NCBI GenBank assembly: GCA_903857685.1
Contig: CAIOFO010000019.1
Coordinates: forward strand, 289-64,288
Length of the DNA stretch: 64,000 bases
Direction: 5' to 3'
Source of the DNA: an uncultured Alphaproteobacteria bacterium
GTDB lineage: Bacteria; Pseudomonadota; Alphaproteobacteria; Micropepsales; Micropepsaceae
The position numbers were made by a program, and so were the translations under genes. Of the stretch, positions 9,823 to 18,957 are shown piece by piece. Below the pieces are notes generated by a model. The model saw only the letters and a program-made list of their open reading frames with translations, was not told the origin of the DNA and ran no database searches. The first letter of the stretch is position 1. Each line of letters starts with the position of its first letter.

Positions 9823-12038
9823 TGACAACGGGCATGAAGACAGTGACCCCCGAGCTGGTTCGCGAGCATAGCCTCACGCCGGACGAGTATGGCCGCATCA
9901 AGAAGCTCCTGGGCCGCGAGGCCAATTTCGTCGAGCTGGGGGTGTTCTCGGTGATGTGGAGCGAGCATTGCTCGTACAAATCCACCCGCGCCCATCTGAA
10001 GAAACTGCCGACCAAGGCGGCCTGGGTGATCCAGGGACCGGGCGAGAATGCCGGGGTGATCGATATCGGCGATGGCGATGCCTGCATCTTCAAGATGGAA
10101 AGCCACAACCATCCCAGTTTCATCGAGCCTTATCAGGGCGCGGCCACCGGGGTGGGCGGCATCATGCGCGATGTCTTCACCATGGGGGCGCGGCCCATCG
10201 CCATGATGAATGCGCTGCGCTTCGGCGAGCCGTCCCATCCCAAGACAAGGCATCTGGTGTCGGGGGTGGTGTCGGGGATCGGCGGCTATGGCAATTGCAT
10301 GGGCGTGCCCACGGTCGGCGGCGAGGTCAATTTCCACAAAAGCTATAACGGCAACATTCTGGTGAACGCCATGTGCGTCGGCCTGGCGCGGACGGACAAG
10401 ATTTTCCTGTCCGCCGCCAAGGGCGCCGGCAATCCGGTGGTCTATATCGGCTCCAAGACCGGGCGCGACGGCATTCACGGCGCCACCATGGCCAGCGCGG
10501 AATTCGACGACGCCTCGGAAGAAAAGCGCCCCACGGTGCAGGTGGGCGATCCCTTCACCGAAAAGCTGCTGCTGGAAGCCTGCCTGGAATTGATGGCGAC
10601 CGACGCCATCATCGCCATCCAGGACATGGGCGCGGCGGGGCTGACGTCTTCTTCCGCCGAGATGGCGGACAAGGGCGGCAGCGGCATCGAACTTGACCTG
10701 GACAAGGTGCCCCAGCGCGAGACCGGCATGACGGCCTATGAGATGCTGCTGTCGGAAAGCCAGGAACGCATGCTGGCGGTTTTGAAGCCTGGCCGCGAGG
10801 ACCAGGCGCGGGCCATCTTCGAGAAATGGGAGCTGGACTTCGCCGTGATCGGCTTCACCACCGACACCAGCCGCTTTGTCATAAAGCATGGCGGCGCGGT
10901 GGTGGCCGACATTCCCGTCACCGCCCTGTCGGACGAGGCGCCGATCTATGAGCGGCCCTATGCCAAGCGCGCGCCCGTGACCGGCGCGCCCACTTTCGAC
11001 AAGAGCAAGCCGGTGCTGGCATCGCTGGAAAAAATCCTGGCCGCCCCCGACATGGCCTCGCGCCGCTGGGTGTGGGAGCAGTATGACAACAGCGTGATGA
11101 ACGACACGGTGCAGCATCCCGGCGGCGACGCCGCGGTGGTGCGGGTGCATGGCACCAAGAAGGCCCTGGCCATCACCACCGATGTCTCGCCCCGCTATTG
11201 CCGCCCCGATCCCTTTGAGGGCGGCAAGCAGGCGGTGGCCGAGGCCTGGCGCAATTTGACCGCCGTGGGCGCGACGCCTTTGGCCGTCACCGACAATCTC
11301 AATTACGGCAATCCGCAAAAGCCCGAAATCATGTGGGAGATCGTCGCCGGAATTGACGGCATCGGCGAGGCCTGCCGGGCGCTGGATTTTCCCGTGATCG
11401 GGGGCAATTGCTCGCTCTACAACGAGACCAATGGCGAGGGCATCTTGCCCACGCCGGCCATCGGCGCGGTCGGGCTGCTGAAGGACGTCACCAGAATGGC
11501 GACCGTCGCCTTCAAGCGGCAAGGCGATGTGGTGATCCTGATCGGCGAGACCAAGGGCCATCTGGGCCAGTCCATTTACTTGCGCGAGATCGAGGGCCGC
11601 GAAGAAGGCGCCGCGCCCATGGTGGATTTGGCAGTGGAAAAGAAGAACGGCGATTTCGTGCGCGGCCTGATCGCATCGGGCCGGGTGGATACCGTGCATG
11701 ACGTTTCGGACGGCGGCGTGCTGGTGTCGGTGGCGGAAATGGCAATGGCGGGCAGGATCGGCGCCAGCATCGGCATGGCGGCGCTGCCCGAGGCGGCGCC
11801 TTTCTGGTTCGGCGAGGACCAGGCGCGCTATGTGATTGCCGCGCCCTTTGCCGAGGCCGAAAAGATCGTCAAGGAAGCCCGCGCCGCGGAAATCTTTGTG
11901 GCGGAGCTGGGCAAGACCGGCGGCGATGCGCTGGTGCTGGACGACAAGGACCGCGTACCTCTTGCCAGGCTCAGCGCGGCGCATGAAGGCTGGTTTCCCC
12001 GCTTCATGGCGGGCGAAGAAATTCCGGCTACAAACTGA
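9822..12038 (+). CDS. purL: FGAM synthase subunit PurL
   Basis: [31 protein letters not shown]; TGATG overlap with purQ. Confidence 0.97.
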   Translation: MTTGMKTVTPELVREHSLTPDEYGRIKKLLGREANFVELGVFSVMWSEHCSYKSTRAHLKKLPTKAAWVIQGPGENAGVIDIGDGDACIFKMESHNHPSFIEPYQGAATGVGGIMRDVFTMGARPIAMMNALRFGEPSHPKTRHLVSGVVSGIGGYGNCMGVPTVGGEVNFHKSYNGNILVNAMCVGLARTDKIFLSAAKGAGNPVVYIGSKTGRDGIHGATMASAEFDDASEEKRPTVQVGDPFTEKLLLEACLELMATDAIIAIQDMGAAGLTSSSAEMADKGGSGIELDLDKVPQRETGMTAYEMLLSESQERMLAVLKPGREDQARAIFEKWELDFAVIGFTTDTSRFVIKHGGAVVADIPVTALSDEAPIYERPYAKRAPVTGAPTFDKSKPVLASLEKILAAPDMASRRWVWEQYDNSVMNDTVQHPGGDAAVVRVHGTKKALAITTDVSPRYCRPDPFEGGKQAVAEAWRNLTAVGATPLAVTDNLNYGNPQKPEIMWEIVAGIDGIGEACRALDFPVIGGNCSLYNETNGEGILPTPAIGAVGLLKDVTRMATVAFKRQGDVVILIGETKGHLGQSIYLREIEGREEGAAPMVDLAVEKKNGDFVRGLIASGRVDTVHDVSDGGVLVSVAEMAMAGRIGASIGMAALPEAAPFWFGEDQARYVIAAPFAEAEKIVKEARAAEIFVAELGKTGGDALVLDDKDRVPLARLSAAHEGWFPRFMAGEEIPATN

Positions 12039-12049
12039 AAGATGCGCCC

Positions 12050-12283
12050 ATGGGCATGAAGGCCAGCGAAATCGAGAAATTCATCAAGGACGCTTTTCCC
12101 GACGCCGATGTCGCAATTCGCGACCTGGCGGGCGATGAAAATCATTATGCCGCCGCCATCGCATCCAGCGCCTTCAAGGGCAAAAGCCGGGTGGCGCAGC
12201 ACCAGATGGTCTATGCCGCGCTCAAGGGCAATATGGGCGGGGTGCTGCATGCGCTGCAGCTGCAGACGTCTGCCAAGGAGTAA
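12050..12283 (+). CDS. bolA: BolA/IbaG family protein
   Basis: DLAGDENHY, FKGKSRVAQHQMVY, LHALQL. Confidence 0.92.
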   Translation: MGMKASEIEKFIKDAFPDADVAIRDLAGDENHYAAAIASSAFKGKSRVAQHQMVYAALKGNMGGVLHALQLQTSAKE

Positions 12284-12334
12284 GGAGCGGTTCGCCTCAG
12301 GCGAACGACGAACGCCCGGAGCGCGAGCGAAGGG
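12284..12334. repeat. Short REP-like hairpin element between convergent genes
   Basis: GGAGCG-GTTCGCC-tca-GGCGAAC-GACG followed by GAGCGCGAGCGAAG. Confidence 0.4.
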
Positions 12335-13270
12335 CTAGCGAACCCAGTCACCCCATTCCAGCTTGCGCACGGCGCGATAAGCTTCCTTGTCGCGCCCTGC
12401 GACGAAGGGATTGCGCAGGCCGGTTTCATCGCAAAGCGGAAGCACGATGCCGGGCTTGCTTTCCACCGGCGGCTTGATGATGCGCGCGCCCGAGGAAATT
12501 TTTTCCGGGGTCGCCACGACATAGGAGTAGCGCTCATCCTCGAACGGCACCGATGCGTCCTTGAGGGTCATGTGATCGCGCGAACGCGGCAAGCGCTGGG
12601 AGAAATGGCACCAGTCATCTCCGCTCATCGGACATGCTTTGTCGTGGGTGCAGGGCGCGGCGATGTGGGCGCCGGCTGCGATCAGGGCGGCGCGCGCCGC
12701 GCGGATGCGGGCAAAGCCCTGCGGCGTGCCGGGTTCGACCAGCACCAGCATCTTGCCGGTTATCTTCCACAAATCGCAGGCGATGGCGCCGGCAATGCGC
12801 TCGGGCTGTTCGGCCAATACATAGGCGGCGACCACCAGATCGGCGCCGGTCTTGTCCGCGCCCAGATCGCCGGCGATGATGCTGGCCTGGGGCATGAGCT
12901 TCTGCGCCAGCTCGCGGAAATGGGCATTGGGCTCCAGCATGCTGACGGTTGTGAGGGAGGCCCATGCCGCCATCGCGGCCCAGGCGGCGGTGCCGGGGCC
13001 CGCGCCGATATCGGCAAGGCTTTGGGGTGCAAAATCCGGCGCAATTTCCCTTATGCGGGCAAAGACGGCGGCGCTGGCGGCAAAAGTGGCGGGGGCGCGG
13101 GCCAGCAGATAGGCCAGGGCATCATCCCGGCCGGCGATGCCGCCCGAGTTCTGTCCGGCGCGGTAAGCCGCGGACTGCTTGACCGCGCGCTGGGCAAGGT
13201 CTTTGCGTGAGACGCCTTCCAGCATTTGCGCAATGGAAGCGGCCAAAGCGGGCGGAAAAACGGGGTTCAT
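12335..13270 (-). CDS. Rsm22/METTL17-family SAM-dependent methyltransferase-like protein
   Basis: AYLLARAPATF, DIGAGPGT SAM motif, LVEPGTPQGF, APCTHDKACP...WCHFSQR, EDERYSY. Confidence 0.85.
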   Translation of the reverse strand: MNPVFPPALAASIAQMLEGVSRKDLAQRAVKQSAAYRAGQNSGGIAGRDDALAYLLARAPATFAASAAVFARIREIAPDFAPQSLADIGAGPGTAAWAAMAAWASLTTVSMLEPNAHFRELAQKLMPQASIIAGDLGADKTGADLVVAAYVLAEQPERIAGAIACDLWKITGKMLVLVEPGTPQGFARIRAARAALIAAGAHIAAPCTHDKACPMSGDDWCHFSQRLPRSRDHMTLKDASVPFEDERYSYVVATPEKISSGARIIKPPVESKPGIVLPLCDETGLRNPFVAGRDKEAYRAVRKLEWGDWVR

Positions 13271-13336
13271 GCCTCAACCTTGACCCTGCGCGCCCGCATG
13301 CTTAGATCAGGGCCTGCCATTGAAAGGGATAGTCCC

Positions 13337-13669
13337 ATGTCCGACGTCCAGGCCCGCATTGCCGATGATGTAAAGAATAACGATGTGCTGCTCTATATGA
13401 AGGGCACGCCGGTCTTTCCGCAATGCGGATTCTCAGCCATGGCGGTGCAGATTCTGGGCAAGACGGGCGTCAAGTTCAAAGCCGTGGACGTTCTGGCCGA
13501 CCCGGAAGTGCGCGAAGGCATCAAGGTGTTTTCCAACTGGCCCACCATTCCCCAGCTTTACGTCAAGGGCGAGTTTGTCGGCGGCGCCGACATATTGCGC
13601 GAGATGTTCGAGGGCGAGGAGCTAAAGCCGTTTCTCACCGAAAAGGGCGTGGCGCTGGAAAGCGTCTAG
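13337..13669 (+). CDS. grxD: Monothiol glutaredoxin (Grx4)
   Basis: LYMKGTPVFPQCGFS, WPTIPQLYVKGEFVGGAD. Confidence 0.95.
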   Translation: MSDVQARIADDVKNNDVLLYMKGTPVFPQCGFSAMAVQILGKTGVKFKAVDVLADPEVREGIKVFSNWPTIPQLYVKGEFVGGADILREMFEGEELKPFLTEKGVALESV

Positions 13670-14301
13670 GCCAGGCCGCGGTTGAAGTGCCGCGCCCAGA
13701 CCGGCGCGATGGCCGGACGCCGCGCCACCGTTTCCGCGAGTGCGTTCAGGCGCGGGATGTTCGTCTCGCGCCATTGCCGCCCGATGCTCCAGCGCGTGAA
13801 CATGGCGGCATAGATATCCAGGATTGAAAAACCGCTTTGCAGGATGAAGGGGCCTGCCGCGGCCCGTTCGATCAGAAAGATGCGCTCGCGCACCCGGTCG
13901 CGGGCGGATTCGCGCAATCTGTCCGCCGCCGGCTCCTGGGCAATAAACCGCTCGGGATAATCCACGATCTCGACCATGGGATAGATCTCGCCCGCCATGA
14001 AGGCCAGCCAGCGATAGGCGCGGGCGCGTTCGCTGCCGCCGCCGGGCGGCAAAAGTCGGGCCTGGGGGAAATGATCGGCCAGGGTGAGCAGAATGGCGGC
14101 GGATTCGGTGACGATATCGCCCTCGGGCAGGCGTAGCGCCGGAATCTTGCCGCTGGGATTGATGGCGAGAAAGGCGGGCGCTTTCTGCTCATTTTTTTCC
14201 AGCGAGACCAGTTCGAAATTATACGCCGCGCCGGTCTCGGCCAGCGCCGCTTCGGCGCTGAAGGCGCCCGATCCAAGATCGCCGTAAAGTGTGTAGCTCA
14301 T
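13666..14301 (-). CDS. Glutathione S-transferase family protein
   Basis: FLAINPSGKIPAL, TESAAILLTL, FSILDIY. Confidence 0.9.
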   Translation of the reverse strand: MSYTLYGDLGSGAFSAEAALAETGAAYNFELVSLEKNEQKAPAFLAINPSGKIPALRLPEGDIVTESAAILLTLADHFPQARLLPPGGGSERARAYRWLAFMAGEIYPMVEIVDYPERFIAQEPAADRLRESARDRVRERIFLIERAAAGPFILQSGFSILDIYAAMFTRWSIGRQWRETNIPRLNALAETVARRPAIAPVWARHFNRGLA

Positions 14302-14330
14302 GGCGCCAGCTTAGCGTGATGGGACAAAAG

Positions 14331-14362
14331 AAAAAGCCCGCGAAGCAGCTTCGCGGGCTTTT
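14331..14362 (-). terminator. Rho-independent terminator of rpsD (bidirectional-looking)
   Basis: AAAAGCCCGCGAAG-cag-CTTCGCGGGCTTTT perfect 14-bp stem with A/T tracts on both sides. Confidence 0.85.
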
Positions 14363-14384
14363 GCATTGCCGATATGTCCAAAAT

Positions 14385-15002
14385 CTACCGCGAATAGAAT
14401 TCCACGATCAGATGCGGTTCCATCTGCACGGCATAGGGAACATCCGCCAGCTTGGGGACGCGCAACAGCTTGGTGGTCATCTTGCCATGGTCCACTTCCA
14501 GGAAGTCGGGCGTGTCGCGCTCGCCGCTTTTGCTGGCTTCCAGCACCAGCGCCATGTCCTTGGCCTTGGGGCCCAGTTCGATCGCGTCCTTGGCAGTGAC
14601 ATGATAGGAGGCGATGGTGACCTTGCGGCCATTGACGCGCACATGGCCGTGGCTGACCAGCTGGCGGGCGGCGAAGGGCGTGGGCACGAATTTCGAACGA
14701 TAGACGACGGTGTCGAGGCGGGTCTCGAGCAGGCCGATCATGTTCTCGCCAGTGTCGCCGGGACGGCGCGAGGCGTCGGTGTAATATTTGCGGAATTGCC
14801 GCTCGGTGATGTTGCCGTAATAGCCCTTGAGCTTCTGCTTGGCCTGAAGCTGGGTGCCATAGTCGGAAAGTTTCTTGGCGCGGCGCTGGCCATGCTGGCC
14901 CGGACCATAGGAGCGCTTGTTGACCGGGCTCTTGGGACGGCCCCAGATATTCTCGCCCATGCGGCGATCGAGCTTGTATTTGGAATTGGCGCGCTTGGTC
15001 AT
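14385..15002 (-). CDS. rpsD: 30S ribosomal protein S4
   Basis: [32 protein letters not shown]. Confidence 0.97.
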   Translation of the reverse strand: MTKRANSKYKLDRRMGENIWGRPKSPVNKRSYGPGQHGQRRAKKLSDYGTQLQAKQKLKGYYGNITERQFRKYYTDASRRPGDTGENMIGLLETRLDTVVYRSKFVPTPFAARQLVSHGHVRVNGRKVTIASYHVTAKDAIELGPKAKDMALVLEASKSGERDTPDFLEVDHGKMTTKLLRVPKLADVPYAVQMEPHLIVEFYSR

Positions 15003-15245
15003 TGGTCCTCGGAAAATTGGCGGCAAATGCCGGAAAGGCCGCGCACAATACCCAGCGCCGGTCCCATGTCAAACGACAACAACCTGCGGTTGAGCATGCC
15101 GTTTCTATGTGTTTGAAATCAATGGCTTATACAAATGGCGGGGGCGCCTAGGCACCGCTGCAGTTTGAAAACGACCTGATCAAGATCAATGCCCGCCGGA
15201 AGGCAAAGTGCTCCCATGTGGGCTTGGGGACCTTTCGAGGGAACC

Positions 15246-15368
15246 GTGCTCGGCTTTTTCAAAGGCTTCATCGATGAGTACCGTGCCGGCAGCTATTGGC
15301 TGAAGGGATTGTATTGGTTTTTGGTCGCGGCAAATGTATTCGGGTTTTACGCAATAGGCTGGAAATGA
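15246..15368 (+). CDS. Unannotated 40-aa aromatic/hydrophobic small protein
   Basis: GAGGGAA RBS then GTG; translates MLGFFKGFIDEYRAGSYWLKGLYWFLVAANVFGFYAIGWK; below the 60-aa cutoff of the ORF track. Confidence 0.55.
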   Translation: MLGFFKGFIDEYRAGSYWLKGLYWFLVAANVFGFYAIGWK

Positions 15369-15432
15369 ATGCCTGAAGCAGCCCGAGGCCCGAAGCGCCC
15401 TATCGACGGGATCGCAATTGCGCGCGCTGGCA

Positions 15433-15783
15433 TCAAATAATTTCCCGCATGCCCCGGATGCGGTGCGCCATCGCCTTCATGATGTAATAGGCGAAATTCG
15501 GCACTTCATCGATCATGAAGCGGAATTTTCGTTCGTCAATGATCGAAAGCTCCGCGGCTTCCCGCACCCGGGCTGTCGCGGTGAGCACCCCGCCGTCGAT
15601 CATGGACATGAAGCCGATCGCATCATTCGGGCCACAAACATCAACCACCTTGTCGTGCGTCACGATCTCGATGACGCCGGATTGCACCACATAGACGTGC
15701 GTTCCGGCATCGCCTTCCCGGAACACGATGCTTCCGGCGGGATAGGTCATGTTGGTGCCGGAGTTGCGGGCAAACATGAGCAT
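15433..15783 (-). CDS. Stand-alone cyclic nucleotide-binding domain protein
   Basis: YPAGSIVFREGDAGTHVYVVQSGVIEI cNMP fold; no HTH; start chosen at MLMFARNS. Confidence 0.8.
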   Translation of the reverse strand: MLMFARNSGTNMTYPAGSIVFREGDAGTHVYVVQSGVIEIVTHDKVVDVCGPNDAIGFMSMIDGGVLTATARVREAAELSIIDERKFRFMIDEVPNFAYYIMKAMAHRIRGMREII

Positions 15784-15921
15784 GTTGATTTCCCTGTTTT
15801 CCAAAATCCCACCCATCCATTTGCAATAAGCCGGCAAAATGCCGCCCGGATATTTCTGCTTTTGTACCAGTTGAGGGGGATGGCTGCATAGCCGCCCGGG
15901 CCGCGCGCTTTCAGCCCGGGG

Positions 15922-16608
15922 TCATTGGTGCGATAGCTTGAACGTGACCGGCACCAGCAAATTGACATGGTCGGCATTCAGGTATGCCGGTATGGGCGGC
16001 ATGGGCTGGGCCTTCTGGATCAATGCCAGCACCTGCGCATCGAGCACCGTGGAGCCGGAGCTTTTGGCGATTTCCGAAAACAGCACGCGGCCCTTGGCGT
16101 CCATGATGAAATGCAGATACACCGTGCCTTCGATGCGGTGAATGACGGCATCGGGCGGATAGGTGTTGTAGCGGGTCAGATGCGCCTGGATCAGCGCCAG
16201 AAAGGCCGCGTCGACCCGGCCCGCAGGCCGCGGCGCCGCACTGGGCGGCGGCGGCGCGGCGGCGGTGGGGCCGGCAACGGGCGCAGGCTCCGGCGCAATA
16301 ACGAATTGCGGTGGCGCTTCCCGGAACACGGGAGCCGGTATCAATTTTGGAACCAGCATCACTTCGACGGGCGGCCGGGGCCTGCTTTTGGAGATGGCAA
16401 CGATGATGGGCGCCTGATTGAAAATCGCAGGCGCCCTTTGCACACCGGATACCAGAGCGGCCACGACCACCAGATGTACCGCCAAGGTCAATAGGCCGCC
16501 AGCAATCCTGCCACGCCGGTCCCGGTTTGAACCCGATTCCCGCGCGAAACAGGCAAGCGAATCGCAATCGCGTAGGGTCTGAATTTGCGGCGGCAGGCTC
16601 GCCCCCAA
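15922..16608 (-). CDS. Energy transducer TonB family protein
   Basis: TM segment, Pro-rich linker, C-terminal YPPDA..IEGTV...SSGSTVLDAQV; start uncertain. Confidence 0.8.
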   Translation of the reverse strand: MGASLPPQIQTLRDCDSLACFARESGSNRDRRGRIAGGLLTLAVHLVVVAALVSGVQRAPAIFNQAPIIVAISKSRPRPPVEVMLVPKLIPAPVFREAPPQFVIAPEPAPVAGPTAAAPPPPSAAPRPAGRVDAAFLALIQAHLTRYNTYPPDAVIHRIEGTVYLHFIMDAKGRVLFSEIAKSSGSTVLDAQVLALIQKAQPMPPIPAYLNADHVNLLVPVTFKLSHQ

Positions 16609-16899
16609 GGAAGATCGCTGCTTCTAGTTACTATCAACGCGCAATCCAGTCGAGTCTTGCGGACATCAGCGCGTGCCCGGCTGCCATTGGTTTTGCAGGT
16701 GTCGGCGATGGCGGCCAGGGATTTTGCAGAACAAGCGCAGATGCTTGGTCTGCCAGATTGGGCATGGTGTTCCCCATCTTTCGCGGAAGGCGCAGTGCCC
16801 GCATGCCGGATCCCGTCAAAATTGAAATTGTTGAACTATTTCCGCCGCTGGATATTTATGGCTTGCGCTGCAGGGCCGGGCGCCTTTAGGAGAGGCGGC

Positions 16900-17349
16900 A
16901 TGCTGTCGCAAAAGGCAAAATACGCGATCAAGGCGCTCCTCACTTTGGCGCGCGCGAAAAACGGCGAATTGTTGCATGCCAACGAGATCGCCCAAAGTCA
17001 GAATATTCCCCGCAAGTTTCTCGATCTTATCCTGTTCGAATTGCGCGGCCGGGGGCTGGTTCACAGCACCCGTGGCCGGGACGGCGGTTACATGCTGGCG
17101 TTGCCGGCGGCCGAGATCTCCATCGCCCGGATTGTTCGCGCGGTTGACGGACCGTTGGCGCCCCTGCCCTGCGCCAGCGTCGCCTTTTACCGTCGCTGCG
17201 ATGATTGCGATAACGAAAAGACCTGCGAAGTGCGCCGGCTGATGCGGGAAGTACGGGATGCCGCCTCCGCCATCCTCGACAACACGTCGCTGGCCGAGGC
17301 GGCGGCGTTGCCCGCGCGCAAGAAGGCCAAGCGGCTCGTCCGCAACTGA
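16900..17349 (+). CDS. Rrf2-family transcriptional regulator with Cys cluster
   Basis: MLSQKAKYAIKAL, IPRKFLDLIL, STRGRDGGY, PLPC...CDDC...C; RBS AGGAGAGG. Confidence 0.9.
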   Translation: MLSQKAKYAIKALLTLARAKNGELLHANEIAQSQNIPRKFLDLILFELRGRGLVHSTRGRDGGYMLALPAAEISIARIVRAVDGPLAPLPCASVAFYRRCDDCDNEKTCEVRRLMREVRDAASAILDNTSLAEAAALPARKKAKRLVRN

Positions 17350-17406
17350 CGCGGCAGGCACGCGCCAGACGGAATCTGCATTCCGGCGCCGCGTGCCCGA
17401 ACCGCC

Positions 17407-17880
17407 TCAGGCGGCTCTCTGTGCTTCTTCAGCGTCGACAATTTTCTTGGCGGCGGCGAGCGGTCCGGGCGCGATGAATTCCGCGATGGAGAAATCCTTC
17501 TTCAGGAAGCCTTCGCGGAAAAGGAAGTTCTTCTGATGCTCAAGGGCCGCCACGAGCGTCGGATCCAGCGACGGCTCCAGCTGGGAGGTGAGCGAGGGTG
17601 AATAGCCCACCGCCGCATCCTCCTCGGTCACCCCGGTGTCGCGCGCGATATAGCGGCGCGCTTCGGCCGGATTGGCCTTGGCCCAGCGCGCCGTGCGGAT
17701 ATTCTGGGCGACATAAGCGGTGACGATCTCCGGATTGCTCTCCAGCAATTCGCCGCGCACCGTAAAGACAACCGGCACGGAGCGATCGCGCGGATCCGAG
17801 GCATTGGCGGTATCGAACACCACATCCCCGCCCAGGATCGCCAGCAGCCCGATATTGGCGCCCGAGACCTGGATGGCGTG
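17407..17880 (-). pseudogene. 5'-truncated ABC substrate-binding protein (SsuA/NitT/TauT-like), C-terminal half only
   Basis: Frame open from 17904 with no start/RBS/signal peptide, in-frame TGA at 17905-17907; SBP-like tail RTARWAKANPAEARRYIARDTG...KNFLFREGFLKKDF. Confidence 0.65.
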
Positions 17881-17915
17881 GGAGCCAAGGGCTCCGCTTT
17901 TGACTCAAAGCGGAC
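17881..17915. repeat. Double palindrome at the pseudogene breakpoint
   Basis: GGAGCC-aag-GGCTCC (17881-17895) overlapping TCCGCTTTTGA-c-TCAAAGCGGA (17893-17914). Confidence 0.7.
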
Positions 17916-18144
17916 AGGCATCGCCAATCGCGCAGGGCAAATGGACCGTGACGAACCCTCTCAAGGCCATCGGTACAACTACCTAGAAGGAACGGCGAAG
18001 CGGTCTTGCAAGGAATTTCGGCCCGGACGGCCGGATACAACCGGCCCATCCAGACTTTCTCTCTGTTCCGGGTTTCGGGGCCACATTTTAACATTTCGAG
18101 CATAGGAAGGGAGACCAAGAGAAAAGCACGAACAAGGAGCAGCT

Positions 18145-18603
18145 GTGCGCCAGCTTTACCGGCTCTACTACCGAAGCAGTCAAACGCCATCGATCGTTTC
18201 CGATCTTGACAGTGTTGTTCAGCAGATCGTGAAAAGCTCAATCCGGAACAACAAGGATGACGGATTGACCGGCCTGCTGCTCACCATCCAGGGCTGCTTT
18301 TTGCAGACGCTTGAGGGCCCGGTGGATTCAGTCCGGAATACATATGCGCGAATTTCCTGCGATCGGCGGCACAGGGACCCTCATATCATTTTCCAGGGTC
18401 CCGTTGAAAAGCGGTTATTCAGCGACTGGAACATGTGCGCCCGTTCTCTGGCTCCAACGGACAAGGCCATTTTGGACGTCATTAACGCGAAGGGGAAATT
18501 CAATCCGGCGTCACTGACCCCGCAAAGCGTCCACGACCTGCTCACCGCCGTCGCGAAAATTCAGCGCCGAACAGCTTTGGATACTCCCCTAACCGCCATC
18601 TAA
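18145..18603 (+). CDS. Stand-alone BLUF blue-light photoreceptor
   Basis: LYYRS (Tyr), SIRNN, LTGLL, FLQTLEG (Gln), DRRH, FSDWNM (Trp/Met); AAGGAG RBS before GTG. Confidence 0.9.
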   Translation: MRQLYRLYYRSSQTPSIVSDLDSVVQQIVKSSIRNNKDDGLTGLLLTIQGCFLQTLEGPVDSVRNTYARISCDRRHRDPHIIFQGPVEKRLFSDWNMCARSLAPTDKAILDVINAKGKFNPASLTPQSVHDLLTAVAKIQRRTALDTPLTAI

Positions 18604-18726
18604 CCTCCCAATCAATTCCAGAGACCGACCTGCCCGATGCGCCCGGGCAGGCTCTTGCCGGCGGTTGGCGGCAAACACAGGTGATTTGCACCTGCCGGCG
18701 ATCCTAAGTATTTGAGTGTGCGCAGG

Positions 18727-18815
18727 GGCCCCGTGGCGGAACTGGTAGACGCACCGGACTTAAAATCCGTTGTTCCGAAAGGGACGTGTCTGTTCGACTC
18801 AGACCGGGGCCACCA
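18727..18815 (+). tRNA. tRNA-Leu (anticodon TAA)
   Basis: Acceptor GGCCCCG/CGGGGCC, D-loop ACTGGTAGAC, anticodon loop CTTAAAA, long variable arm, T-arm GTCTG-TTCGACT-CAGAC, encoded CCA. Confidence 0.95.
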
Positions 18816-18820
18816 TCTCC

Positions 18821-18867
18821 TAAAAAAAGAAAGGCCGGGCCTATCGCAAGCGACAGCCCGGCCTTTC
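18821..18867 (-). terminator. Rho-independent terminator, U-tract on minus strand (could also stop tRNA transcript)
   Basis: GAAAGGCCGGGC...GCCCGGCCTTTC 12-bp stem followed on minus strand by TTTCTTTTTTT. Confidence 0.8.
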
Positions 18868-18888
18868 GCATTGTCGTCGCTAGGACGC

Positions 18889-18957
18889 CTAGGCGTGGAC
18901 CCCGCGAATGTTGGAAATCCAGTTCCGGGCACCCCGGCTGAAATGACAATGAGACAC
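18889..18957 (-). CDS. Putative 22-aa peptide with an extended perfect Shine-Dalgarno
   Basis: AAAAGGAGGTGATCCA immediately before GTG; MSHCHFSRGARNWISNIRGVHA-TAG; terminator follows. Confidence 0.45.
   Translation of the reverse strand: MSHCHFSRGARNWISNIRGVHA

Noticed and set aside
17878-18209. ORFs 17878-18105 and 18006-18209 as real genes
   Set aside because: No RBS, no family motif; the first simply reads through the palindrome
17881-18815. Classic tRNA-integrated genomic island or prophage at tRNA-Leu
   Set aside because: The foreign-looking DNA lies 5' of the tRNA, no integrase is present, and I found no duplicated tRNA 3' end
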